A stretch of 64,000 bases of DNA. Origin: Blasia pusilla. Its lineage: Eukaryota. Location: the NCBI GenBank assembly GCA_050084515.1, contig CM114271.1:6696001-6760000 (forward strand), written 5' to 3'. Below the pieces are notes generated by a model, which was given only the letters and a program-made list of their open reading frames with translations, searched no databases and had not been told where the DNA came from. Of this stretch, positions 14,010-26,900 are shown in pieces. Made by a program: the position numbers and the translations under genes. Every line of letters starts with the position of its first letter. Position 1 is the stretch's first letter.

Positions 14010-14930
14010 ATGTCAAGCAGTTCAGGTCCATCGCCTGACCCAAGACATGACGTCGTTATGCCTCTGATACTGACGGGACAACCGTCAGTCTTGGGGAAAA
14101 TCCCATCCCCCGCTCTCTCTCGTCGGCATTGGGCCCCACCAACCTCTGAACCTGGTCATCCCAAACCAAACCACGATCGGCCTCCTTGTATGCATAGGAA
14201 GCAGGAAAACTCACAAACGTGGGATAGGCTGCCCGCGGCTTGCCTACCCTGTTGACCACTGTCAACGGTGGTCGATCATCGTGCCTCACTGCCTGTGAGC
14301 AACGACCTGCATCCGGAATGGAATCCATTAACAAATGGGAGGGGCGCTCCACTCTCATATACGCCCTCCGTAACACCGTATGGGGCACCAAGTTGGTCCA
14401 CCATAGACGCGGGCGATGGGCTCTAGAACCTACACTCGCCGCATCCAAGAACATTTCTGGGCCGATCCAAGCATGCACCTGATGAGCACTCGTGACCACC
14501 TGTCACCTAGAGTCTCCTAAGATGGGCACATTCTCCAGAATGTAGGCTAGTGAACGAGATTGGTGCTCTTGCAACTGCCGTAAGACCCTCAACATCTCCC
14601 AAAACAACCTAGACCGAGTATCAGCCAACCCGCTGCCTCATCTAGCATTTGATTGGCCCTGACATGGCCAACCAAAAATGACCAAATCAATGGTCCCTAC
14701 CCGCTCTAAGTCCTGCGCACCCAACAACGAAATATGCCTCGGTAGGGAACTCTGGTATCCCTATACCGCGGACGTAGAAAACATAGGCGTAACTGCGCCA
14801 CATGTCGTAGTGAGATGCATCTTGCAACATCATCACTCTCCACATACAAGTAGTGTTATACTCGCACTCGTGCCTGCAAAACAGTAGGTAACCCGGTGCT
14901 AATCCCTCCAAAGAGATCTAACACTCAGAT
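14010..14930 (-). pseudogene. Element A DNMT3-like C5 cytosine methyltransferase domain
   Basis: Motif I VLDLFGGISTG (~14893-14924), motif IV GWPCQG (14656-14673), RSRLFWEMLR, motif VI YILENV, motif VIII AHRPRLWWTNL, motifs IX/X ERERGMGF...RHVLGQAMD. Canonical motif order, with several premature stops. Confidence 0.9.
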
Positions 14931-15299
14931 ACCCTCCTCCGGGATACACCACACAATGGGGGTGGTATCCAAGGGTGTCATCATAGCACTCCCTGCTACC
15001 TCGGGTTCCTCTGACCCGTCATGCTTTGGTGCAAACGCGTCGCTCCACGCGGTTTGCACGTGCTCATCTGCCAATCGTCGAAGCTCCTCAGTTGAGCCCC
15101 ACAACGACACCTCTATTCCATGGAATGATGCAGCTACCATAACACTCCTCTCCAGGGAAATGTCAAGAACGGGAGTATCCTCTACATGGACATGTCTCTC
15201 AATCAAATCACTAGGCCAAGTGATGGCACTGTTAAATGCTGCTAAGGTCGCCATCTCTCCTGGCCGTTGCTCGATCACTGCACATGTGAATCGAATGGG

Positions 15300-15720
15300 T
15301 AATGAGCTAAGGCGCCCATCACCTGACTGCCATCCTCGTCTGTAGGACTCTGACTCTTCCCAATAATCCATAGAAAACCCCATTGGGTATAACACTGCTC
15401 CACCAACCAAGAGGTCGTAGGACTCTGCATCAGTCACTATCGCCTTGGCTCGTACCAAAGACTCATCTCTAGGATGTCCCGGGCGAATCCTCACCACAAC
15501 CTCTTATTCGGTGATATATTGTGTGGTACTCGCTCCACCCAAGGATGTCTGTACCCGGAATGGACAACGCTCCACATCGGCTCTCGTCAAGCCCAATCCT
15601 CTGAATGACGCTTTCCCCAACATCAAGGGTTGCGCTCCAGAATCCAACAAGACGCGCTGCGGCCTAAAAGTTTTACCTCTGGGACTCACCAACTGGAAGA
15701 CCTCTCCTCTGTTATCTAGC
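15300..15720 (-). pseudogene. Element A aspartic protease
   Basis: RVLLDSGAQPLMLG active-site motif and downstream YDLLVG. Confidence 0.85.
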
Positions 15721-16379
15721 AACACAACACCATGAGAAGCCATGGCACGCTCTATCACGGGTCTAGCGGGCATCTCCGCCATCCTAGCAGCCGCGGCCTG
15801 CCATGAATCTAACGTGGATGGCCCAAGCATCCGCTCCAAGGGCAGGTCCATCAACTCCTCTACAATCACCTATGAATGTGATGCAAGAACTCCAACTCCA
15901 CGCTCACATAGCGTAGCGGCCAGCCGAAAAGCCTCGGCGGGCGTACCCCCCAACATCATAACATCGGAAGCAGAAAATAAAGGAGCGCGGTACACAATGG
16001 TGGCCGCCCCCAACAACGTGCTTGACACATGCCCCTCCTGAGCATCAACAACGGGAGTCTTCGCACTCGCTTCTCCCATCGCCCTCCGTGCCTGCACACC
16101 AACAACGTCACCAACTTTCCTGGAACTTTGATTAGGACCCATCGATGGGGTCCTCATCGCCTCGCACAATGTGGAAGACTGAGGAAGCCTAGTTTGTTTC
16201 CTGGCTTCCCCTCGCTGTGGATCCAACTCTGCGGCTGCTCCACACGTTACAACTACCGCGGCCTCCATTTGGGCAACCTCGCACATCCAACCAGGATCCT
16301 CCATATCTCTAGCTGCTCCATATGATGTCGATGCCACGGATCCGGCATCGGGTAATCTCAATGCCATAGCGGCAATCTG

Positions 16380-17748
16380 CTCCTATATCTGATGTATCTG
16401 AGCAGCCATCCTAGCCTCACGCCTGGCATCTCCCTCGATGCATCTAGGTGGTAGGACTCTACCTCCTCCACGGGCAGCTCGACCACCCTGTCGGGCAACT
16501 CCAGCTCCTTGTCCCCCAACGGGACCACTTGGTGCACGATCTCTAGCCCCACCCAGATTGGCTACTCGCTCTGGTGCCCTCTTTGGCCCTTGGTCCAGAC
16601 GTAACTCAGGATGTAAACTGAAACACCTGGCGAGTGTATGACCATACCTCTGATAATAGTCACATTGATAACCTCCTGGTGCAGCACCATCTCCTCCTCC
16701 ATGCTGAGGCACATGTCCATGACCCTGACGAGTGCAATCGCGTTGATGATGGACTCCACCACATGACCAACAAGTAATAGTAGGAAGCTATTGCTGAGCC
16801 GCATATGAAGGCACAAGTCTCTGTGGCATGCCAAGCCTCCCGATATCCTCCTTGAGCTTGTGATGCCACAGTCGACCTATCTCAGAGTCCACGTTGCTCC
16901 ACATGTAGTGCAGACAATTGTGACTGCTCTCGCCTAGAACCCATGGTGGCTACGCTCTCCTCCGCCATGTTGCGCTCAATTTTTTTGGCGGTCCTAAAAA
17001 CATCTCTCAACATAGGGGAGGTGTTTATAAGAAGCACCCTCTCCCACACCCGTGTCCGCAGGGTCCGATCCAGCATCGCGTACCATGACTGGATAGCGTG
17101 AGCCTCTATCACCCCTTGAGTGACGTTGATCAATTGGCGCAAGCGAGTGTAAGCATCACACAAACTCTCACGCGGGCGCCTCTGGAAGTCCTGGATGCTC
17201 CGCAACTTCTCCGTCCGTACCCCCTAGTAGCTTGCCCTCAACTCAGCAAAGAACTCAACCACAGGGTTGAACCTGGGACGAACCCGACTAGACGGTGCAA
17301 CTGCTCTCGTGCGAGTGACCCCTCCTAAAACATCACTATTGGAAGAGGAAGTAGCCTCTCCTGACTCCTCCTCCTCATCTGGGAACGGCTCTGTCCATGA
17401 TACATAATATGGGTCATAGTAGAGCCTCCACACCTTGATCTCAAGTGCATATCTTTGATAGAACTCATGGTAATCGTCCATAGGCGCCCCCTCTAAATGC
17501 TGGAACATACCGTTCCATGCTATAAACAGGTTGAACTCTCTAGAGTTCCTGGTCCGCTGGGAGTCGCACCATCTCCTAAACTCTACTATGAAATTGTGCA
17601 ACTCAATCGTGCCTACTTCACCTGAAAACCTACACGGTCCTTTACCCCGATCGTCCATCTCGTACGCCCAACTTGTAGGACCACTCACAATGTGTGGTGA
17701 TGTGCTCACAAACTCCTCTACATGCTCCCTCTCGTCTGAAGACGACAC
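16380..17748 (-). pseudogene. Element A gag (capsid-like plus two Zn knuckles)
   Basis: RFSGEVG..FQHLEG..FQRRPRESL.DAYTRLR gag-like motifs; CWSCGG.HHQRDC and CDY.QRYGHTLARC knuckles; Gly/Arg-rich tail. Confidence 0.8.
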
Positions 17749-18607
17749 AGAAGGAGATCGAGGTGGTCTCTCACGTGGAGACCCTCAAAATCTCGCACCA
17801 CTCCGGGTAAACCCTCCAGAGCTACTCTGAGGTCCACTACCTCGCCTCTCAAAATCTTGAAAGGATGCCGTGATGGCCCTCGTGCCCTTCTCACACGATC
17901 ACTCTCAACCTCGCGAGTAATCCCTCAATCACTCATCCCAAACATGCGGCACTCCATCTACACTCTCCCTCCTTGAGATGTGTAACGTGCGGCAACAAGC
18001 GCCGTGGTGGGGCGAATCGACCAGGCTATCATCTCATCGACAACCTACCCTCAACTTCGGACATCCCACGCAGGTGTATGTCCCCTAAACCACATACATA
18101 AATGATGCTCTCAGCATCCACACACCCAATATCCCCAAAATAACTACCCAAATCCCAAAATCCCTCACACGTGCAGGATAAAGGACCAGAATGGGTAAAC
18201 TGAACACATGTCGATGTCACTCCTCAGCAACTGCAAATCTCGACCCCAACTCGGTCATGGAGACAACTCCACCAATCAGCAAGTCATACTCCTCCCGTAC
18301 TGACACTGCTTAAAACTCCTTGATGGATAGTGCAGTTCCAACGGAACGGTGCGGCGTTGCCGACGGCACCGAAGGGCTACAAACGGCACGGCCCTCGATG
18401 GTGGGATGCGGCACTCGGCGGCATACCCTCCTCAATCAACAATAAACCCAGACTCTACTCCATAATGATGGTGCGGCTCCGCGATCGAGAGACGGTGCGG
18501 TACGGCCACGAGCAGCACGGCACGGTACTCGATTGTCGTCGAGCGGCTACCAATCACAACATAGCAGCATGAAATCAAAACTCAAACACCATAACCAGAT
18601 GTTATCA

Positions 18608-18690
18608 GATTTCTAGGGTTAAATTGTTCAAACCCTAAACCGCCGGCGTGGCGGTTGGTTTAGGGTTTGAACAATTTAACCCTAGAAATC
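18608..18690. repeat. Perfect 34-bp inverted repeat (15-nt loop) containing AAACCCTA telo-box-like motifs
   Basis: GATTTCTAGGGTTAAATTGTTCAAACCCTAAACC (18608-18641) is the reverse complement of 18657-18690. Confidence 0.95.
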
Positions 18691-19845
18691 GCCTAGCAAT
18701 GGCAATTTTGCAAGATTGACCATAACGTTGTACTCGCAACTCCAAATTGCGCACCATTTGTTACACAGCCTGCACAGCTTTACAATCTACAACAACGTCA
18801 AAAAATATTTGGAATTGGACATTCCAGTAAAAACTGACGGGGATTGTCATAAAGCCCAATGTCTCTTTCTCCTACACAAAATTTGGCAGCGCTTCCGCGC
18901 TGATTTCTCCCAACCAAAACCTTCTCCCAAGCTCTCTCCATGGTAACCTATTCTCCCAAGTCACCTCCTTGGCTCTTGACCTAATGTAGGAGGTCAAGGG
19001 CCACTTACCAAAAATAGAAAATCGATCATATACTTAAAATGGTACTTACCTAAAATAGTAAGTTCCTCAATATGGCTCCAAATGAGCCGAAACGAACGGG
19101 AAACCTGCTCTCTCAAGTTTCCCGGGGCCTCAGCATGTCATCCTCAACCTGCTGAGCGTGTCCTAGACTACTCACAAAGGGGCTCTACTAGATCTCACCA
19201 ATCTATCCTAAAAGACGTGACACATCAGTTGGAAGTTGACATTGGAAGGTATCATCAATCCCGCCATATTATTTGCTTATCCATTCCCATGAGTTGTACA
19301 ACATTATCAACCTTGCCAAATTAAATTTGAAATATGTATGTTAGGATCGTCCTTACAAGGTTTACTCTCTTACCTAGTGTGTCATACTCTGAAATTTGTG
19401 AGATGATGATGTAGGCTCGTTTCCCTTATTAAAGTCATACTCGGCACTTGTACAACCACATTCTCATCCTCCGCTTTTGCCATAGAAATTGCCTACACAT
19501 TCCAATGTAGATCCAAGATCCTGATTCATATTAGTTCCATTTATTTGACAAATGGCACAAAATCAACACATCTTTCATCTATGAAGAGTCTAAAGACTCT
19601 ACAGATCGAGATGTAGATGGAGTTGAAGTAATACATAATTATATGCTAGTTAGAACTAGTTGGGTAGTTAAAGAACCAAAATTTATGATACAGATTGTAA
19701 AATATCTTCTACATTGCTCTATAATCAAGTTGAATCCACCATAATTATTTCTGAATGATTCTCGTGTCCCTTTTCCATCGCTTTACGATTCCACTTTTTT
19801 CCCATATTCCGAAAGGCAATTGACATAACACTCTGTTCATATGAG

Positions 19846-20379
19846 ATTCAACAAAGTGGATAAGGAGTTTAGGATGATTATGGGTGCAATTCTTTCCAAC
19901 ACCGCTGTCACAAATTTCATGGAGATCCCACGGTTGGAACAATATTTGCTTCAGGTTGATCTACAACTAGACATTTGTCATCGAGCAATATCTCAATTTT
20001 TTGAGGTACAACTGCCTTTCTGTTGTGACTTGTAAATTGGTTTGATTTTTAGACATTGAAAGTATTCCTTCATATCTGAATTTTTGTTTTCTTTATATGG
20101 GTATACTCAATATTCTCAAGAAGGAAATATACCTCAAATGCTCAAGTATGAGCATAGGTCTTGTATCTCTGTAAAACCAATAGTAGAATCAATTAAAAAA
20201 AATCTGCAATAATATTTCCTTCTCCTTCCCTACAAGTCTATCTCATAAAAATCAATAGAGATGTGATGATACACTGGTTGACTCGCCACCAGAGGTCAAT
20301 CTTTCCTCTATTCGACTTCCTTGGAGATGATGATTTTCTGGAGATTTTAGGATAGTCAATCAACCTAGTAGTCATTCAG
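19846..20379 (+). pseudogene. DYNC2H1: Dynein-2 (IFT) heavy chain fragment, two exon-like pieces
   Basis: 19846-20005 reads (R)FNKVDKEFRMIMG..LQLDICHRAISQFFE|GT. 20293-20379 reads RSIFPLFDFLGDDDFLEILG*SINLVVIQ|GT, matching the remembered dynein-2 signature [29 protein letters not shown]. In-frame TAG at 20353. Confidence 0.7.
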
Positions 20380-20949
20380 GTTTATACTTCAGACTCAAAG
20401 TATATATATTTTTTATCACCATCCAGATGCAGATTCACATCAAACCGGATGGATATAATCAGTATAACTATGTATCGTCTACAACCAAAATATGGAAATG
20501 AATGGATTGAATATCTCAATTGTGTGCTCAATGATAATCGAGTATTCATTCTCCTAAGGTTCCATTTTAACACACACTTTCTTCCATTTCAATCTTCTTT
20601 TATAAATTCTTCACCGTTTTTTTATCAATTTTAGCATATGGATGCAATCACAACTAATCATCTGTTGTTGTACACCATAACTCATAATGGCAGGTTATGC
20701 TCTTCTGTTTCATGTAGTGGGGAGCGAATAAACTTCGGAGCCAAAGTGAAATTTTTTTTTAGTGCAAAATTTGAACTCTGCATCTCCTGCTAGATTACTA
20801 CAGTCTGCAAAACAAACCTGCTTGTGTTTTCTAGGGATGATTTCAATACGTCTATACTCCTTGAGAATTGGCTATGCCCTCTAGTAAGTCCTTCTTGAAC
20901 TATGATCTTTTTGTTGAAAACAGTCTTCTGCTTGAGTTGTGTTGTGATG

Positions 20950-22400
20950 GGAAAACTTAGATATGAATAACCAAAAATGAGATAATTAGGATTTCATAAG
21001 AGGAAGTTGGAATTGGACACCTGAAAGCTTACCATAAAGCCTCCACATGGATTTACAAAGAGATCTATTAGTCGGAAATAATCGATTAATTGGCCAAAAA
21101 TAGCTAAGTGACTTTATTTTTTGATTGATGTTAAGGTAATTTCCACATATTTGGGGAACCATATGCATGGCATAAACCTCCTTCACTAATATGATTGGGA
21201 AAAATGACTTCTCTTTATGTGATAGCTTCATGAATCTTCTTTTCAGTAGGTTCTCTCCTTATTTGAATGCATTTAGGAAGATTGGTGATTAGTGTATGAC
21301 TAGCCAAATCTATCCGTACACTAGCATCTTCAAAGTACCAAAATTCTTCATAATGAAGGCAAAAATAGTCATATGGTTTGTCAATCATTACATCTGCCAT
21401 CTCTCCACATGTCAAATTTAGGCTTAGTCTCCCAAGTCTCCATTGTGAACTCACTCAAAGAAGAAAGAGTGATATGTAATTGCAACCCTTATCACCTCCA
21501 TTACAAATATCCCATTATTATATCCAACATCATGCTCTAAGTATGAAAATTGAATATTAGGTGATCTAGTTGTCTTTCCCTCTTCATTCCAATAATTTCT
21601 TAAGAAGTCCATGAGTACATATCTCTCTTTGTCTTAGCCCCAATCAATGCCTTAATAGGCTATGTAGGTAATGTGTAACATTGAACGTGACAAGATGGAT
21701 AACACTCATATCAATTGTTTCTAAGCCAATTCTGGGTTGACTATCCAAATGAGATGACCCAATTCATTCCCTTACCCAATGCATATCTTTGTAATACCTT
21801 TGATATCTAAGATACCATCGTCATACCTACAAATAAACCCATTGCTTACTCTCCCTCACGAGTAGTAGACTCATTTGATATTAATGCATGGTGACATGGG
21901 CATCCTATGCCATGCTTAGTCCTCCTTTGGAAAAAGGCATGGAGAATGCTAGGAAACTCAATAGTGTGGGCCATATTGGTGTCAACTCCCCCACCAAATT
22001 GGGCAACGGCAATGATGTTTTATCATCATGATTCATAAGCTCACCTTAACTCCTATAATTGTAGATCTTTTATCCATCATAATTGTGGAAAATATAAAGT
22101 ATAAAATCCAATATTTATTATATCTAACAGTAATTCTCCTCTTAACCAAGAAAACACCTAATGCACGCATGTGATAACCAAGGTTGCACATGGACAGAGT
22201 CCGTACCTGCTGACATAACCATATTTTTGGACTTACTTCTGTCCTATAGAAGGACTTATCTATTTGGGCCCCATCTACCCCTTCTTTCTCATCCCCCCCT
22301 AGGCTAGTCTTGTATGCTCCCAAAGCTTGCATTTAGTAGGTCATGCTCTCCTTATTGGTGTGCATCCAAACACACCTACATACGCCAAGTTTTGGGCCAA
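20950..22400 (-). mobile_element. Highly degenerate LTR-retrotransposon pol relic
   Basis: ORF 20986-21231 has an integrase Zn-finger-like stretch (VKEVYAMHM..GNY..QKIKSLSYFWP); the rest is weak. Confidence 0.4.
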
Positions 22401-22809
22401 CCATCCTAATATATCTTGAATATAGGTCGAAGGTCATCCTTCAAGATCTAATCTGTATCTAGATCGAGTCAAATATGGGCCTAAGCCTTCACTCCCCTAC
22501 ACAAGCAAGTCATTCAAGACATGAGAAAAACTTCTTTGACAGTCTACACTAGCAAAACTCCTTGGTTTTATAACTAGGTTTTATAACTCATATGAGTTCT
22601 CTCTCACCATGAATGATTAAATTAGTAGTTACTTTTGAAGACAAAAAAACCAAGTCATATCTTCCACATAATTTGAATGACTAGCATGGTTTGCTCACAT
22701 CGCATGAAACTATGAGTCACATGAACATGATTGCCATATCACGTACATGATGTGGCAAGTGATTTAATGACATGCACTTAATGAAAAAAAAACTTTGCTC
22801 CAACCATAT

Positions 22810-22925
22810 GCCCCATTCTCCATCCATTATTTTCGTCCATATGTCGCACCCTCCATCCGTTATTTCCGTCCATGTACCGCACCCTCCATCCGTTACTTCC
22901 ATCGATGTGCCACACCCTCTATTCA
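22810..22925. repeat. Degenerate ~33-bp tandem repeat in a CCAT-rich tract
   Basis: Recurring CACCCTCCATCCGTTA(T/C)TTCC(G/A)TC(C/G)ATGT units. Confidence 0.7.
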
Positions 22926-25399
22926 GATCCCTCCCACCTTCCATCCTCCCATCAATTCCATTTTTCCATTCTTACTCCATCCATTCACCCTATTCGTTCA
23001 TGGACCCCATCCTCCATCCGTCCATCAACTCCTTCTCCATCCATTAACCCCATATGTTAACTCCATCTGTCCTCTTCATTCTTCTCCCTCCAAACTCCAA
23101 ACTCTATCCATCAACCTCATATGTCCATGAATTTCATCCCCCATCTATGTCCATCCATCCATTAGCCCCAACATAAATCCATTATCTTCGTATGCAAAAC
23201 ATGTCTTGGGGGCAAGATTCAAACTTGGAAAATCATACCCACATCGGAGTCTCCTACCACTAGCCCACACATCATTGTATGTTCATGTGTAAAATATTTT
23301 AATAGGTATAAAAATGTCATTTTTCCTTTTTATATATTTTTAGTTTTTAAAACTCACATTTCTATTATTTTGTTCCAAAAATAATTCTTACATTCATATG
23401 CTTTTATTTTAAGTCTTTAAGGAGCTTAAAATCCATACATAGAATAATAAATAAGTGATTTTAAAATGTATGATAATATATGATAATAGTTAAATAATTC
23501 ATATAATCTAGTATCATAATTTATTAGATCATGTAAAGTCTGAAAATAATCTAATGGTTATAAAAGTTGATGATTGTAATTTTTCTTAGAACCATCTTGT
23601 GAAAGAAGAAAAATGGATTCAATTATTGGTGTGTTAGTGGGTGGATTTTTCTTGATTCTAAAATTTAAAATTTGAAAGTAATGATGTTGCAAAATGAATA
23701 GGAAAATGTAAATGACACTTGAAATATTTTCCCTTAAAGTGCCTCATTTCTATTTTTTCCTTCTTTTCTGATACTTTTCTCCAAAAAGAAATGCATAAAT
23801 CATGCAACTTTTTCACAATGTGCACTTGGGTCTAAAAAACCAGACCAAATAGAAAATCTCAAAATGACCATCCACAAAGGGAATTAAAAATCATAAACTT
23901 CTACTTTTTTTTCCCAATTCTTGTATCATCATGGAAGATTAACTAGAAGATCTGAACTGTTCAAGTGGGAGAGGGCCTTCCCAATATCAAGTCCTTACAC
24001 TTTTACCTCAATCTAATGGTGGGAACAAATAATATTTCAAGATCATTATAAAACTAATTAAAATATTTAAAATATTTCCACTTAGAGTTATGCTCTTCCT
24101 CTATTCTTTTTTTTACTTCTCTTCAACCAAGAGTTTATAAATCATGTTGCTTGGTTAGAATATGCAAATTGATCTTAGGATCCAAGGCCGAAATGAAAAT
24201 ATTGAAATCCTTGTCCAAGGAGGGAATTAAGAATCGTAAATCCTTAAATATGGTCTCATAATTATGGTTTCATCATAGGAGACTAAATGGAAGATCTCAT
24301 GCGATAGAATGGTACAGGGTTTTACCAAAATCCATTCCTCCAATTTTTAACTCAATCCAATAGTAAGAACCAATGACGCTTCAAGATGGAGAAAATACAA
24401 ATAAGAATGCTAGTGACATGTTCACTCAAAGACAACGATCATTATCATGATTGGTCTTCGTCATTTATTGACCCATCACTCAAACTGGCATAAGGACACT
24501 AAATCATACAAAATTCTCATTTGTAATTTTTAAGATGAAGTTGAAATTTTTACGAGAAATATGGACGTTCCCCCATCAAATAGAATTGTTAGGGATAAAT
24601 GGATATTTTCATTAGAAATTATAAATAGGATTTCTTTAAACATACAGAAATTGAAAGTGGTATTAAGTATAATGTGATTATTCTTCCAAATTTTGATTTA
24701 GCCACATATGTATGGGTTATGCTTGAAAGTGTTAGGAACTTAGGATCTTAGTGAAATAGTGCCTCTATGCTTCACTACAGCGGAATATCTAACATAAATT
24801 ATGCTTAGGTAAATGAGAAACATCATATGATTGGAGGATGGAATCCTTAAAAATATAAGTGATTTTTCATAAGTCACAAATATTGGACAAGTGAGTCAAC
24901 CTCAACATAGGAGTCACAAATCAATGCCCACTTGGGCTCTATCATTAGACTTATAATATTTGGTTATTTTGTGTCAAAAACCCAAAGCCAACCTCTTAAT
25001 TCATCCAATCCCCTTAGATCACCTATATTGTTCTCAATATGGGGTCTACGTTTCAAAATCCATTGGATACCCTTGTGAGAAATCATATACGGGAAGTTCA
25101 AGAAAAACCTATTGCGGTAGGCAACGTTCTTGGTCGCCATGAATATATTTCTAGAAAAATCCATCCCCTTTTTCTAATTCAAAGAATTTCTCAAAGACCT
25201 TAACCCAAGCTATCATTGCAATAGTTTTGGCTCTATATATCTTAACTTATGCTCATGTGTTTGTGGGGATCTTTAATGCGTTGAAATCAACTTCTTAGCC
25301 TAAACTTTTAGCGCCAACTTAATATCCCAAATGCAGTTGGAGTCTAATAATATGACCTTAAATGTGGAGAACCCTTAAATAATGAATTATGTTTTGAGC

Positions 25400-26900
25400 T
25401 AGGTTGGAGTCTACTTGGTGTCAAATTCTTATGGGACTTGATAGATCTTCTCAAGTTCTACCCAACGTTTGATCATGCTCTCTTAGGTCATAACCATCAC
25501 TTTTTGAAATGCCCATCTAGGCATGTGTGTCTTGAGTTCTTGAGTCTTGTGTATCATTTCTCTCGCTCATGAAACTTTGACAAGTTTCCATCCTAGTGTG
25601 AGCTTACTAGAGTTTTGATTAAACTGATCTATTTTGTGTGAACTCCAAATATAGTAGTAGTACTTGTGTTGAAAATTTTGATTTTAACTTAATATTGAAT
25701 ATTCATCCTCAAGCTCATATTGATATCTCTTATGTTTAAAAATATTCTTTTAACATCTCAACTTACTCTAACAAATGCTTTTATCAAGGTATACAAAATT
25801 GGATGATCTGTACTTATTTATATAAGATGAATCGTTTTTGGACACTTTCTCCCTAATAAAGTGAGACTGCATCTTTGCATGTTTTTTTTAGGATGAAACA
25901 TTAAATCATCTACAAGTTTAATGTTACTAATATTACTTACCTAGAATATGACATAATATGAGTTTGCTAACATCAATTTCAACCAATATTTGATGAAGCT
26001 ACACTATCCTAAATAATACATTGGTTTATCTTATATACACAACCTATGTTGATGAGAAAGTAATTCTAGTTCGTTTCCTTGAAGCATGCTAATAACTAAA
26101 ATTCCGAAGGTAAAAGAACACCAAGATCTAGAATATTTATCAAACATGTTTCTTGCCCAATAACATATTTGAATCCATGAAACTCTAAATTGAAATATGG
26201 TTTATGTTAAAGTTGAATCTTAATACATAACTTCATAAGCTATATATTCCTTCTTAAAGCATCCCAACAAGGTCCCTTCATAAATTGACTCACAAAGTAG
26301 TTTTCAAATAAATCAAACTTTTGACCCTTAGCTATACACCTTAGAATCTACAACAAATTCTTTTGCTTTCACTGTCAGCTTCATACTTTTGTACAATGGT
26401 GTCGATATTTTCTTACAAACCACCATATCATATTTTGAGGGAGTGTGAAGAGTATACTTTTGTTATAAGAATCATATGATCTCATCAACTTAAAAACTCA
26501 ACACCAAGGTAGTACTTTGGCTCATCCAAATCCTTCACAAGAAATTCTTCTTATAGTTTTTTCTTGAATTCTTGTGTCATATCCCACTACTTATAGGATT
26601 GTGGAGGTAATTAAGATATAACACAATCATGATCCTATGACCTTCTTCTCTCAAGACATATACCAAAGAACAAGAATCACAAACTCTAAATCCAAGCTCC
26701 AACTAGACATATTTAAGGTCGTATCTTATGGATGTATGCAGGGGTTGCCATGACCTCTTTTCTTAAGAGATAAAGTAGTAAGTCATTCACTATTCGACAA
26801 CATTGCACAAACCATTGAACAATTATATTTACAAACTGAAGGATCTTCGGAATGTTAGACATTTCCCGTGCCCAAAAGTTTTGGGCGCAAAAAAATCAAC
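25400..26900 (-). mobile_element. Degenerate Ty1/Copia RT-RNase H relic
   Basis: Minus-strand GFRVCDSCSLVYVLREEGHRIMIVLYL (region before YVDD), KYYLGVEF and GKKHV (RTKHID-like); many stops. Confidence 0.55.

Larger units (their letters stand above)
10279..19222 (-). mobile_element. Element A: DNMT3/PHD-carrying Gypsy-type retrotransposon (A1-internal-B form), 4-bp TSD CATC
   Basis: In element orientation it starts TGTCAC and ends CACGACA. CATC lies at both 10275-10278 and 19223-19226. Full gag-PR-DNMT-RT-RH-IN-PHD series with stops and frameshifts; colinear with element C. Confidence 0.92.

Noticed and set aside
14010-14930. Host DNMT3/DRM gene hit by a transposon
   Set aside because: No introns are visible, it occupies the same position between PR and RT in three copies from two families, and its motif order is not DRM-permuted.
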